Assembly: GCA_964621445.1 (NCBI GenBank)
Contig: CAZUNO010000019.1
Location: forward strand, 41,429 to 55,287
Reading direction: 5' to 3'
Origin: Candidatus Hadarchaeota archaeon
Lineage (GTDB): Archaea; CAYQAE01; CAYVLA01
Length of the DNA stretch: 13,859 bases
A model generated the notes under the pieces. The model saw nothing but the letters and a program-made list of their open reading frames with translations. It ran no database searches and was not told the origin of the DNA. The position numbers and the translations under genes are program-made. Below are positions 1 to 8,293 of this stretch, one piece after another. Position 1 is the first letter of the stretch. Each line of letters opens with the position of its first letter.

Positions 1-1486
1 TTGTTTCTTCATCCAGCCAGTCAAGGGCCAGGACCGTGGATCCCGCGTCCACACTGGTTATTGTGATGTTCTGGGCTATATCCATGACCGTGACCCGGCT
101 GCCGTTGCTCCAAGCCAAGTTGGATGCGTCGGGCGAGAAGGCAACGCGAGGCCGGGGCGGGGATCGCGCGGAGGCCAGCACCTTGGGTGGGCCGGAAAAA
201 AGTTCCAACACCTGGACAGTTCTCTCCCGGAATATGGCCAGGTACTCCCCCTGCCGTGATAGCGATATGCCAGTGAGGTCCCTGGAATCCGGCTCTACCA
301 TTGTCCTCACTCTAGGAGGGGCAGAGGGATCGGTTAGGTTGGTTATGGAGACAACATGATCCCGTTGGGTGGTACAGATCATGCCACTGATGCTGGATCC
401 TGCCGCCTTGAAGGGGCCGGTGGGATGGGTCTCCACATGGATTTTGGCCTGGTAGTTCCAGACGTGGATACCGGTTCCAGCCCCAACGGCAAGAAGATTG
501 GAGGTGGGGGAGAACGACAGGCCTCTCCCACCTGGCACCTGGAACCAGGCAATGGAGAGGCCGGGCGACGAGTTCCAGACCTGGACCACTCCGTCTCCGT
601 AAGAGGCGGCGATGAGACCACCGTCATTTGACCAGTCAACATCAGTCACCTTGACCTTTGCCGAGACAGCAGCGGCATAGCTGCGGCCAGCTCCCTCTCT
701 GTACAGGGCGCGGCACAACGGGGACTGTGCCCCGGGATCCATTATATCCACCCTGTCGCTGTCCTCGTAGCCGGCAGCAAGGAGCGAGCTGTCCGGACTC
801 CACTCCAGGTCGGTGACCCGGCCGTACATATCGATCTCGGTGACGGTGTGGGCGGACAGGTTCCATATCTGCACAGAGTCCGCTTCACCCATGCCCTTGA
901 CAGCGCCGATGACAGCGGCTATAGAGGCATTGTCCGGAGACCATCTCACCATCTCCACAACTCCTCCAGGACATTGCAAGGAGTCCACTAACCGACCCGA
1001 AGACACATTCCAGATGGAGATAGACGTACGCGAACCGGTGGATGCCAGCAGCCCACCAGCAGGCGACCAGGAAAGTGAGGTGGAAGCCCGGGGCTCAATG
1101 AATACATTTTCCTCGTTGAGAGTGAGCCGCTTGGACTCCAAAAGCTTCAAGAATCCGGGAGAGGAACTCTCCGTCTCCTTCTCCCTACCTGCAACCGCTA
1201 TCAACCCTCCCCACGGCGACCAGGCAACGCTCCTCATCCAGGGTTGAGAGAAATAAACGACCCTCTCCCCAGTACCCGACCCATAGACACCCAGACCCTG
1301 GCCACAGCCAGCCATATACCTCCCATCAGGCGAGAAATCCACATCCACAACAACCCCCTCACCAACTCTATCCACCAAGAAAAACGAGCTAGAATCCACC
1401 ACGACGCCCCGACCAAGAGGCAAAGAAACCAGCACAACCAGCAGGAACAGGCCGACCTCAAATTCGCTCATCTTGCGATAAACCAA
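1..1486 (-). CDS. Secreted WD40/beta-propeller repeat protein, 3' end outside the window (about 495 aa visible)
   Basis: Manual translation gives an uninterrupted frame from TTG 1486 (or ATG 1471) to base 1, with GAGGGGAG upstream of the TTG. The N-terminus is hydrophobic (GLFLLVVLVSLPLG). Recurrent WD40-type blade motifs: VDFSPDGRYMA, VAWSPWGGLIA, LSWSPAGGLLAS..ISIWN, VRWSPDNASIA..VQIWN, LEWSPDSSLLAAG, VDWSNDGGLIAASYGDGVVQVWN, LSFSPTSNLLAVG..IHVWN, VAFSPDASNLA. Confidence 0.9.
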   Translation of the reverse strand, partial: MVYRKMSEFEVGLFLLVVLVSLPLGRGVVVDSSSFFLVDRVGEGVVVDVDFSPDGRYMAGCGQGLGVYGSGTGERVVYFSQPWMRSVAWSPWGGLIAVAGREKETESSSPGFLKLLESKRLTLNEENVFIEPRASTSLSWSPAGGLLASTGSRTSISIWNVSSGRLVDSLQCPGGVVEMVRWSPDNASIAAVIGAVKGMGEADSVQIWNLSAHTVTEIDMYGRVTDLEWSPDSSLLAAGYEDSDRVDIMDPGAQSPLCRALYREGAGRSYAAAVSAKVKVTDVDWSNDGGLIAASYGDGVVQVWNSSPGLSIAWFQVPGGRGLSFSPTSNLLAVGAGTGIHVWNYQAKIHVETHPTGPFKAAGSSISGMICTTQRDHVVSITNLTDPSAPPRVRTMVEPDSRDLTGISLSRQGEYLAIFRERTVQVLELFSGPPKVLASARSPPRPRVAFSPDASNLAWSNGSRVTVMDIAQNITITSVDAGSTVLALDWLDEET

Positions 1487-1539
1487 TAACTACTCCCCTC
1501 CACACATCAATAGTGTAGGTCTTTGGACTGTGACTTATC

Positions 1540-2571
1540 CTAGAAGTTTGCATCACTTATGTCGTCTATCCAGATCATCGTGTCGTCTGGATCCTCTTCG
1601 TAGCCTTCTAAGTCGCTCGAGATAGCGTTTGTGCAGTAGGCCCACCATAAAAGGGCCAAGAACTGCTCCTGCCAGTACACTCCGTAGGTGGAACTCCATC
1701 CTTTGATATGGTTATAGTAATACCAGTACTCGTCTTCATCAAGCCACTGCTCAGAATCCACAGTATCGCGATAAGCTTTGCCCACCATCACCATGAAGTG
1801 GGAATTCTCACTTGCAGCACCCAGTTCATATACCACTGCGTCGAAAAGCCAGTCCCGATCCTGGTCAACGATGGAGAAGTTCCCGCCATGGCTAACATAG
1901 GGATCGATTCCCCATAGGTTCACCCTGTACTTAGCTGGACCGTCAATCCAATCCTGGGCAATGGACTGGAAGTCGCTGTCATCGTAATCAGAATCCGGGA
2001 ACTGCCCGGTGTCGGGATCATCCCCCATTCTGTGAAGAATAACCATCTTTCGTATCGTGTGGGTAGGCCAATCCGGTAATTCATCCGATGTGTCTGCCGA
2101 GGCTTGATCCAACGCGTCTTGAATTGCCTTGCACTTATTGTCTATGTCTTTATCGGTATCTTGGTCTGGATCAGGATTATTTATTGGCTCATCGGCCACA
2201 AAGCCGCCCAAGTTAATCCTGGCACAGTACTGTTCTTTCTCGGTGTCGCCAATATCCATAGAGTTTATGGATTTCTTGACACAGATCATCGCATCCTTGA
2301 GCAACGTTGTTGCATTGTCACGTTTGAAGTCTCCCTTCAGATAAGCGTAATTGGCATCCCAGCAAATTGCCCATCTGTCGGCCCAGTTGTTCTTATCACC
2401 CTTGACGACCTTGTCCACGAAGCTCTGTTGCTTGAAGTTGATATGACTAGCCAAGACGGTATTCAATGAGTTTGCACAATCTTTCCAAGAGGTGTAGTCG
2501 GTTTTGTCTTGTTCCTGAGGATAGAACGCGCCAAAATATTTTACTGGACTTCCCTCTTCTATCTCGCTCAT
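1540..2571 (-). CDS. Acidic hypothetical protein, possible TIM-barrel glycoside hydrolase (clan GH-A-like)
   Basis: 343-aa ORF rich in Asp, Trp and Tyr. The motif order GGFVADEP ... LWGIDPY ... MVMVGKAY ... ALLWWAY resembles the beta-strand ends of GH-A-like barrels. The CDS is secure; the function is inferred. Confidence 0.6.
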   Translation of the reverse strand: MSEIEEGSPVKYFGAFYPQEQDKTDYTSWKDCANSLNTVLASHINFKQQSFVDKVVKGDKNNWADRWAICWDANYAYLKGDFKRDNATTLLKDAMICVKKSINSMDIGDTEKEQYCARINLGGFVADEPINNPDPDQDTDKDIDNKCKAIQDALDQASADTSDELPDWPTHTIRKMVILHRMGDDPDTGQFPDSDYDDSDFQSIAQDWIDGPAKYRVNLWGIDPYVSHGGNFSIVDQDRDWLFDAVVYELGAASENSHFMVMVGKAYRDTVDSEQWLDEDEYWYYYNHIKGWSSTYGVYWQEQFLALLWWAYCTNAISSDLEGYEEDPDDTMIWIDDISDANF

Positions 2572-2600
2572 ACTTCCGGCACGCTTAATTCTTGACTACC

Positions 2601-2610
2601 CTTATATATT
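2601..2610. promoter_or_regulatory. Candidate TATA box shared by divergent genes
   Basis: CTTATATATT lies about 30 nt from ATG 2571 (- strand) and about 20-25 nt from ATG 2627 (+ strand). This spacing is compatible with leaderless or short-leader archaeal transcripts. Confidence 0.55.
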
Positions 2611-2651
2611 AGTGATTCGGTAACTGATGCTATGTTTGGTTTTTTGGGGGG

Positions 2652-2837
2652 TTGTGGCACGACGTACAGGAAATCAACCACGCCCACCCCCTGCTCTCCA
2701 AACAACGGATATACCAGGTAGTAAAGAACTTGAAGCAAAACAACTTCCTGCAGGTAAGGAAGAGGCAAAGAAGGTACCAGTACCGGCTTTCCGGACCCCT
2801 TCGCATCCACCTGGAAAACGAAATCGGCAATCCCTGA
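2652..2837 (+). CDS. Small winged helix-turn-helix DNA-binding protein (start uncertain, possibly frameshifted)
   Basis: DVQEINHAHPLLSKQRIYQVVKNLKQNNFLQVRKRQRRYQYRLS fits the pattern of recognition helix (LS..RIY..V..L) plus basic wing (RK..RRY.YRL). T tracts follow the stop. Confidence 0.6.
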   Translation: MWHDVQEINHAHPLLSKQRIYQVVKNLKQNNFLQVRKRQRRYQYRLSGPLRIHLENEIGNP

Positions 2838-2857
2838 ACCCCGTTACCCCGCTCCGC

Positions 2858-2900
2858 CCCGGGGCCCGGGATCTTTTTGTTTAATTTTTTCATTTTTTGT
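2858..2900 (+). terminator. Probable terminator: short GC hairpin plus oligo-T tracts
   Basis: CCCGG-GGC-CCGGG (2858-2870) is followed by T5, T6 and T6 tracts just downstream of the wHTH ORF. Confidence 0.55.
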
Positions 2901-2902
2901 TC

Positions 2903-2922
2903 TCGCCCCAATTTTGGGGCGA
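2903..2922. promoter_or_regulatory. Palindromic operator-like site upstream of cimA
   Basis: TCGCCCCAA-TT-TTGGGGCGA has perfect 9-bp arms and a 2-nt spacer. Confidence 0.5.
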
Positions 2923-3018
2923 TAAGTAAATTCTCGACCCTAATATGGGTAGATAACACTAATTAGATCAGGTATCCACGGTATCCCGGACTGGTACGGG
3001 TCCCTTTTCTGGCAGGAG

Positions 3019-4614
3019 ATGGCCATGGATTCACACCAACCCTCAAAAGTGGATATATACGACACCACTCTTAGAGACGGCTCCCAGACCACCGGTGTGA
3101 GCTTTTCCCTTCAGGACAAGATTGACATCACTCTGAAGCTGGACGAGATCGGTGTCCACTACGTGGAGGGTGGTTTACCGTCCTCAAATCCCAAGGACAT
3201 GGAGTACTTCAAGAAGATGAAGGATTATTCCCTATCCACCAAGCTGGCGGCCTTCGGCTCAACCATGCACAAGGATAACGAGCCCGACGTGGACCCCAAC
3301 CTGGCATCATTAGTGGAATCAGGTGCCCCCTGTGCAACGATTTTCGGCAAGAGCTGGAAGTTTCACGTGAAGGAGGTTCTTAGGACCACTGCCGAGAGGA
3401 ACCTGGAGATGATAGAGCAGTCGGTCCGCTTTCTGCGGGAAAAGGGACTAGAGGTCATATTCGACGCCGAACATTTCTACGACGGTTACAAGGACGACCC
3501 CGAATACGCCCTCTCCACCCTGAAATCCGCACATGGGGGCGGGGCCTCTGTCATAGTGCTGTGTGAGACCAACGGGGGATGCCTGCCAAACGAGGTAATG
3601 TCCATGACCGAAAGGGCTCGGGAAGTCATAGACGCCAAGCTGGGTTTCCATGGACATAACGATTCGGGATGCGCGGTGGCCAACACCGTGGTATCGGTGC
3701 TGTCAGGTGCTGAGCACGTTCAGGGAACAATAAACGGGATAGGGGAGAGATGTGGAAATGCCGACCTCTGCTCGGTTCTTCCGAACCTGGAACACAAGCT
3801 GGGAGTCTCCACCGTTCTCCGCAACAGTCCCAAGAACGAGAGGCTGCAGAAGCTCAAGGAGGCCTCCGAGTACCTCTACGAGATAATGAACATGATACCC
3901 GAGCGGCATCAGCCCTATGTCGGTGACCTGACCTTTAGCCACAAGGGAGGGATGCATACCGATGCGGTATCCAAACACACCCTTACCTACGAACATATCG
4001 ACCCCGAGCTTGTTGGTAACAGCCGGTCGATGTCCGTCTCCGAGCTCTCTGGCAAGGCGAGCATCATATCCAAGGCCAAGGAGTTCGGATTCAAGCTCAG
4101 CAAATCCGATGAAACAACGGCCCGGATCGTGCGCAGTGTAAAGGAGATGGAGGCCAAGGGTTACCATCTCCTGAACGCGGATGCCACCGTCTACCTGCTG
4201 ATGGCCCGGGAGATGGGGAAACTAAGGAAGAGCTTTGACGTGATCGAGTGGAGGACACTGACCTCAAACTATAGCGATGACGGAAGTTTCTCGGAGGCCA
4301 CGGTAAAGGTTGAGGTTGATGACAACATAATTCACACCATCGCGGAGGGAGATGGCCCCGTGAATGCCCAGGACCTCGCCCTCAGGAAGGCCCTTAACCC
4401 CTTCTACCCCTCAATTGACAAGGTGGACCTCATTAACTACAAGGTCACGGTAATCAACATGGAGGGCACGGCCTCAGCCGTGGAGGTGTTCATCGAGTTC
4501 GCCGACCACGACATGCGATGGGCCACGGTGGGCGTCTCCGAGAATATACTGGAGGCCAGCAAGATAGCCCTTGTGCAGGGATACAGGTACTTCCTCCAGA
4601 AAAACCGTAAATGA
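3019..4614 (+). CDS. cimA: Citramalate synthase (DRE-TIM metallolyase, LeuA/CimA family, bacterial-type CimA subfamily)
   Basis: Motifs YDTTLRDG.Q, EGG.P.SNPKD, IFGKSW..HV, FDAEHFYDG, LCETNGG, H.HNDSGCAVAN, GIGERCGNA, HKGGMH and VSELSG, plus a C-terminal regulatory domain (EATVKV...GDGPVNA). The start may be ATG 3025, which is better spaced from GGAG. Confidence 0.9.
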   Translation: MAMDSHQPSKVDIYDTTLRDGSQTTGVSFSLQDKIDITLKLDEIGVHYVEGGLPSSNPKDMEYFKKMKDYSLSTKLAAFGSTMHKDNEPDVDPNLASLVESGAPCATIFGKSWKFHVKEVLRTTAERNLEMIEQSVRFLREKGLEVIFDAEHFYDGYKDDPEYALSTLKSAHGGGASVIVLCETNGGCLPNEVMSMTERAREVIDAKLGFHGHNDSGCAVANTVVSVLSGAEHVQGTINGIGERCGNADLCSVLPNLEHKLGVSTVLRNSPKNERLQKLKEASEYLYEIMNMIPERHQPYVGDLTFSHKGGMHTDAVSKHTLTYEHIDPELVGNSRSMSVSELSGKASIISKAKEFGFKLSKSDETTARIVRSVKEMEAKGYHLLNADATVYLLMAREMGKLRKSFDVIEWRTLTSNYSDDGSFSEATVKVEVDDNIIHTIAEGDGPVNAQDLALRKALNPFYPSIDKVDLINYKVTVINMEGTASAVEVFIEFADHDMRWATVGVSENILEASKIALVQGYRYFLQKNRK

Positions 4615-4621
4615 CCCCCTA

Positions 4622-5680
4622 TCAGGCCAGTAGGGATAGTTTCTCCCCTTTGGAGACAAGTTCAACCAGCCTTAGGGCCACCGGGAGTGCGTCCCACCAT
4701 CTCCGTTGACCGCTGGCCAGATAGCAGGCGTGGTCCTTGTCAAGGGCGGCATCGATATCCTCGGGCATCAGGCGCTGGTATTCATCCTCCAGGGGTACTA
4801 GTTCCGTGCTTTCGGAAAGGCTTCTCGAATCCATGAGTTCCTCATGAACTGCTATCCTCTTGGCACCGGTCCTGGTAGCGAGAATACGGCCCAGGTCCTC
4901 CTGGGTCAGTATATTCCCTTTATCGTCAATGACCCTCATGGACTCACCGCAGGGGTCCAGGGCCAGGCCGATATCGCCATCCCTTTCCACCAGGTGATCG
5001 GCGAAGGCGGACATTAGTGGGTCACCGGATAGAACCGGCTTGTCCGTTAGGTAGGCGGGAGCATTGTCATGGAATGATACCACCTCGCAGTTCAGCCCCC
5101 TCAGTATTCGTGGGAGGATGACCGAGACCGCCCCGTTGGAGCAGTCCATGAGCACCTTGGGCGAGGCCTGTATAATGGAATCAACGTCTACGGCCTCCAA
5201 AAGATGGGAACGATACCCCTCGAAGGACTGGGGGAAGAACATTATGTCCCCCACCTCCTGGGCGGAAACCAGCCTCGAGCCCTTGCCGATCATCCTAATG
5301 AGTTCCTCCAACATCTCATGGGAGGCGATGGCCCCTCGATCGTCGAATAATGAGGTTACTAGGTCGCTGGGATTCCTCCAGGAAAAACCCATGTATACGC
5401 CGAAGTCCGACCTGCTGTCCCTGATACAATACCTCACCACGGGAATGGGAACCAGTCTCGTATCCAGAACCTGTATACCGTTCTCCATGATTCCGCAGGT
5501 AAGGGAACGCTTCATGAGTCTTGAGAAACCCTTGCCGTCCCTCCCGGTAACTACTACGTTCCCTGAGCCAATCATCTGGCCCAGGGTGGAACCCATGTCC
5601 GCCGCGAAGCAGGCCCTGTAATCCTTGTTCGCTGATCCTATAATGCGATTTCTCTCGATGCGCAGGCTCAAGTCAATCAT
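4622..5680 (-). CDS. Phosphomannomutase/phosphoglucomutase-like protein with degenerate active site
   Basis: Scaffold motifs VVTGRD, VPIPVVRY, KVLMDCSNGAVSVILPRIL..LNCEV and GDIGLALD are present. The SHNP and DxDxD motifs are altered (FSWRNP, LDPCGES). At 352 aa it lacks domain IV. Confidence 0.8.
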   Translation of the reverse strand: MIDLSLRIERNRIIGSANKDYRACFAADMGSTLGQMIGSGNVVVTGRDGKGFSRLMKRSLTCGIMENGIQVLDTRLVPIPVVRYCIRDSRSDFGVYMGFSWRNPSDLVTSLFDDRGAIASHEMLEELIRMIGKGSRLVSAQEVGDIMFFPQSFEGYRSHLLEAVDVDSIIQASPKVLMDCSNGAVSVILPRILRGLNCEVVSFHDNAPAYLTDKPVLSGDPLMSAFADHLVERDGDIGLALDPCGESMRVIDDKGNILTQEDLGRILATRTGAKRIAVHEELMDSRSLSESTELVPLEDEYQRLMPEDIDAALDKDHACYLASGQRRWWDALPVALRLVELVSKGEKLSLLA

Positions 5681-5797
5681 CCATCTCTCTTTGGGCTGTA
5701 TCTCTCTTCATCCTGGATAGATATAGTTCTTGTGACATGTCTTCTATTTTTCTTTTAAATTCCATCATTTACATTCAACCTTTTTCCGGATATGTGT

Positions 5798-6916
5798 CTA
5801 GTCGGGTACTATTATCGTGTTGGGACCCAGGGTGCTTCCCGACCATATCTTCATGTTTGCCCCTATGCGGCACCCGGCTCCCATCCTGGTTTGATCCCCT
5901 ATCACCGTCCCCTCGGCCAGTTCGACATCACTGGAAATCTCAGTGCCTCGGCCAATTATGGACTTCACCATCTTACCATTTTCTCCGATACTGACATCAT
6001 CGTGGACGACCACCCCATCAAGCACCGACCCCCTGCCCACCCGTACCTGGTCGCCAAGAACCACGAAACTCCTAAACACGCAGCCCTCCTCAACCACGCA
6101 ACCATCGCCCATTAGCACGGGACAGGATATGTTGCCATCCGCGATTCTGGAGTTTTCACCCTTTACCGGCTCCATCTCGGTCAAGGTCCGATATCTCTCA
6201 TTGAACTCCCCCAGGGGGAACCTCCCCGACAGGGCGTCCCCGTTGGCCTGTAAATATCTGCTCGGCCTCCCCACGTCGTTCCAATACCCGGAGAGCCTGT
6301 AGCCTGATACCACGTAATCATCAAGAACCCGGGGGAAGAGATCCATTGAGAAGTCATACTCCACATCTCCCGGAATATGTTCCAGGATCTCGGGCTCGAA
6401 TACGTATATGCCGGCATTGATGAGGTTGCTGAATACATTAGAGGGGTCCGGCTTCTCCACGAACTCGATTATGCGATCATCCTCCAGACGGGCGATTCCA
6501 TAGTGGGTGGGGTCCTCCACGCTGGTCAGAACAATGGTCGCCGAAGAGCCATTCCCGTTGTGAAATTTCACCAGTTCAGCGAGATCCACATTCACCAGCA
6601 GATCCCCGCTGATCACCAGAAATGTATCACTGAGATGGTCCCTAAGGTTGCCCACCGCTCCGGCAGTTCCCCTGGAAAGATTCCCGTGGGTAAATTCGAA
6701 ATCCATGCCGGTGGATAGTCCCTCTATGTATTCAACTATGCGCTCCCCAAGATAATCAACGGGAATGAAAATCCTGTCAAACCCCCCTCTTTCTAGCAGG
6801 TCGAGTTGGTAACCCATTATCGGCCTGTTGGCAATGGGAACCAGGGGTTTGGGCCGGGCCACGGTTAACGGCCTCAGTCTCGTACCCTTGCCACCGGCCA
6901 GAAGAACTGCATCCAT
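5798..6916 (-). CDS. Sugar-phosphate nucleotidyltransferase (mannose-1-phosphate guanylyltransferase/GCD1-like) with C-terminal hexapeptide beta-helix
   Basis: MDAVLLAGGKGTRLRPLT..RPKPLVP, GTAGAV, FLVISGD, FVEKP, INAGIYVFEP and YWNDVG, followed by hexapeptide repeats. The real start is probably ATG 6916 rather than 7123. Confidence 0.92.
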   Translation of the reverse strand: MDAVLLAGGKGTRLRPLTVARPKPLVPIANRPIMGYQLDLLERGGFDRIFIPVDYLGERIVEYIEGLSTGMDFEFTHGNLSRGTAGAVGNLRDHLSDTFLVISGDLLVNVDLAELVKFHNGNGSSATIVLTSVEDPTHYGIARLEDDRIIEFVEKPDPSNVFSNLINAGIYVFEPEILEHIPGDVEYDFSMDLFPRVLDDYVVSGYRLSGYWNDVGRPSRYLQANGDALSGRFPLGEFNERYRTLTEMEPVKGENSRIADGNISCPVLMGDGCVVEEGCVFRSFVVLGDQVRVGRGSVLDGVVVHDDVSIGENGKMVKSIIGRGTEISSDVELAEGTVIGDQTRMGAGCRIGANMKIWSGSTLGPNTIIVPD

Positions 6917-7048
6917 TTCTGGCCTTTCCACTGATAACAGCGATATAACTCTTATGAAGGAAGCGCAGCCCTCACAACCCAGATAGACCTTTCTGGAAAG
7001 ATTTAATCGGGACCAGCCATTCCCTACACCACTTCGGGAAGAACGGCG

Positions 7049-8284
7049 ATGAATGAAGATCAGGGCACCACACGCCAACTTGATATCAATGGGGCTCACC
7101 TGACCCTGGTGGGTACTGCCCATGTCTCCCAGGACAGCGTTGAGCAGGTCAGAACCCTGATTAAAGAGCGGAAACCGGAAGTAGTCGCCGTTGAGTTATG
7201 TGAGCCCCGGTACAAGGTCCTTCTTGACAAGAAGAAGTGGGAACACACACCCCTGACCAAGCTGATCAAGGGAGACCAACCCTATTTCTTCCTGGGACAA
7301 TCCTTCATGGCCATGATGCAGCGAAGCCTGGGAGAGGAACTTGGGGTGGAGCCTGGGGCCGAGATGATGGAGGCGATTAAGGCCGCCCGGGATGTCGACG
7401 CTGAGATCGCCCTGGTGGACAGGAAGATAGCGGTTACCCTGAAGAGGGCATGGAACAAGATGAGCTTCAGGGAGAAATTCCGGATCTTCCGGGAAATGAT
7501 GTACGGCTTCTTCGGCGTCTCGGAGATGACCGAAGAGATAGACATCGAGATGCTCAAGAGACAGGATATAATCACCGAGATGATGGAGGAGCTGGGCGAA
7601 CTCGCGCCCAAGGCCAAGGAGGTCCTCGTAGACGAGAGGGATATCTACATCGCGGGTAAACTGAAGAAATTGGCAGCGGAAAACCCCGGCAAGAGAATCC
7701 TGGCAGTTGTGGGAGCAGGACACCTAAGTGGTCTGGTCAAACACCTAAGGGAGGACACCGAGCCCGACCTCCAGAAGCTTGAGGAGATACCAAGTTCGTG
7801 GCTTTCCCTCAAACTCGTGGGCTACATGATTCCCATTGCATTCCTGGCCATTTTCGCGTGGACCATCTATTCCCAGGGCTGGATGGAGTTCCTACAGATA
7901 GTACAGAAGCTATTCCTGATTGGAGGGGGACTCTCGGCCCTTGGGGCTTTGGCCGCCCTGGCCCATCCCCTGGCCATAGGTTCGGCATTCGTTGCCGCTC
8001 CCTTCGGAATCCTAAACCCACTCATAGCAACCGGCTGGATCTCGGGTTACGTTCAGATTTTGGTTAACCCGCCCCAGGTCAAGGACTTCCACGGGCTGAG
8101 CGAGATCGACAGCGTGAGCACATTCTGGACAAACAGACTCACCAAGGTGCTGCTGGTTGCGGCCTTCACCAACATGGGGGCGACCGCAGGAGCGGTCATC
8201 GTGATCGGAATGGTATTGGGAAAGGTGCTGAGCATACTACTAATCTTGGTGCTCATAATAATCATGATCCTCTCCATGCGCTGA
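7049..8284 (+). CDS. TraB/PrgY (pheromone shutdown-related) family protein with C-terminal membrane helices
   Basis: Motifs LVGTAHVS, VAVELC..RY, PGAEM, LVDR.I..TL.RAW, VLVDERD and AVVGAGH, with a hydrophobic C-terminal third. Confidence 0.92.
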   Translation: MNEDQGTTRQLDINGAHLTLVGTAHVSQDSVEQVRTLIKERKPEVVAVELCEPRYKVLLDKKKWEHTPLTKLIKGDQPYFFLGQSFMAMMQRSLGEELGVEPGAEMMEAIKAARDVDAEIALVDRKIAVTLKRAWNKMSFREKFRIFREMMYGFFGVSEMTEEIDIEMLKRQDIITEMMEELGELAPKAKEVLVDERDIYIAGKLKKLAAENPGKRILAVVGAGHLSGLVKHLREDTEPDLQKLEEIPSSWLSLKLVGYMIPIAFLAIFAWTIYSQGWMEFLQIVQKLFLIGGGLSALGALAALAHPLAIGSAFVAAPFGILNPLIATGWISGYVQILVNPPQVKDFHGLSEIDSVSTFWTNRLTKVLLVAAFTNMGATAGAVIVIGMVLGKVLSILLILVLIIIMILSMR

Positions 8285-8293
8285 GGTGGACCT

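Noticed and set aside
1086-1095. GCCCGGGGCT matching the tRNA 3' end as a possible att site
   Set aside because: It is only 10 bp, GC-rich and inside an intact CDS, so it is probably chance.
36-1489. Seven short ORFs in the track on both strands
   Set aside because: They are shadow or alternative frames of the single uninterrupted minus-strand WD40 gene.
6917-7123. 69-aa N-terminal extension of the nucleotidyltransferase
   Set aside because: It overlaps the divergent TraB gene and the promoter region, and the family motif starts at MDAVLLAGG (6916).
7049-8284. TraB as evidence of a conjugative element
   Set aside because: This is the TraB/PrgY family, commonly chromosomal in archaea, and not a type IV secretion component.
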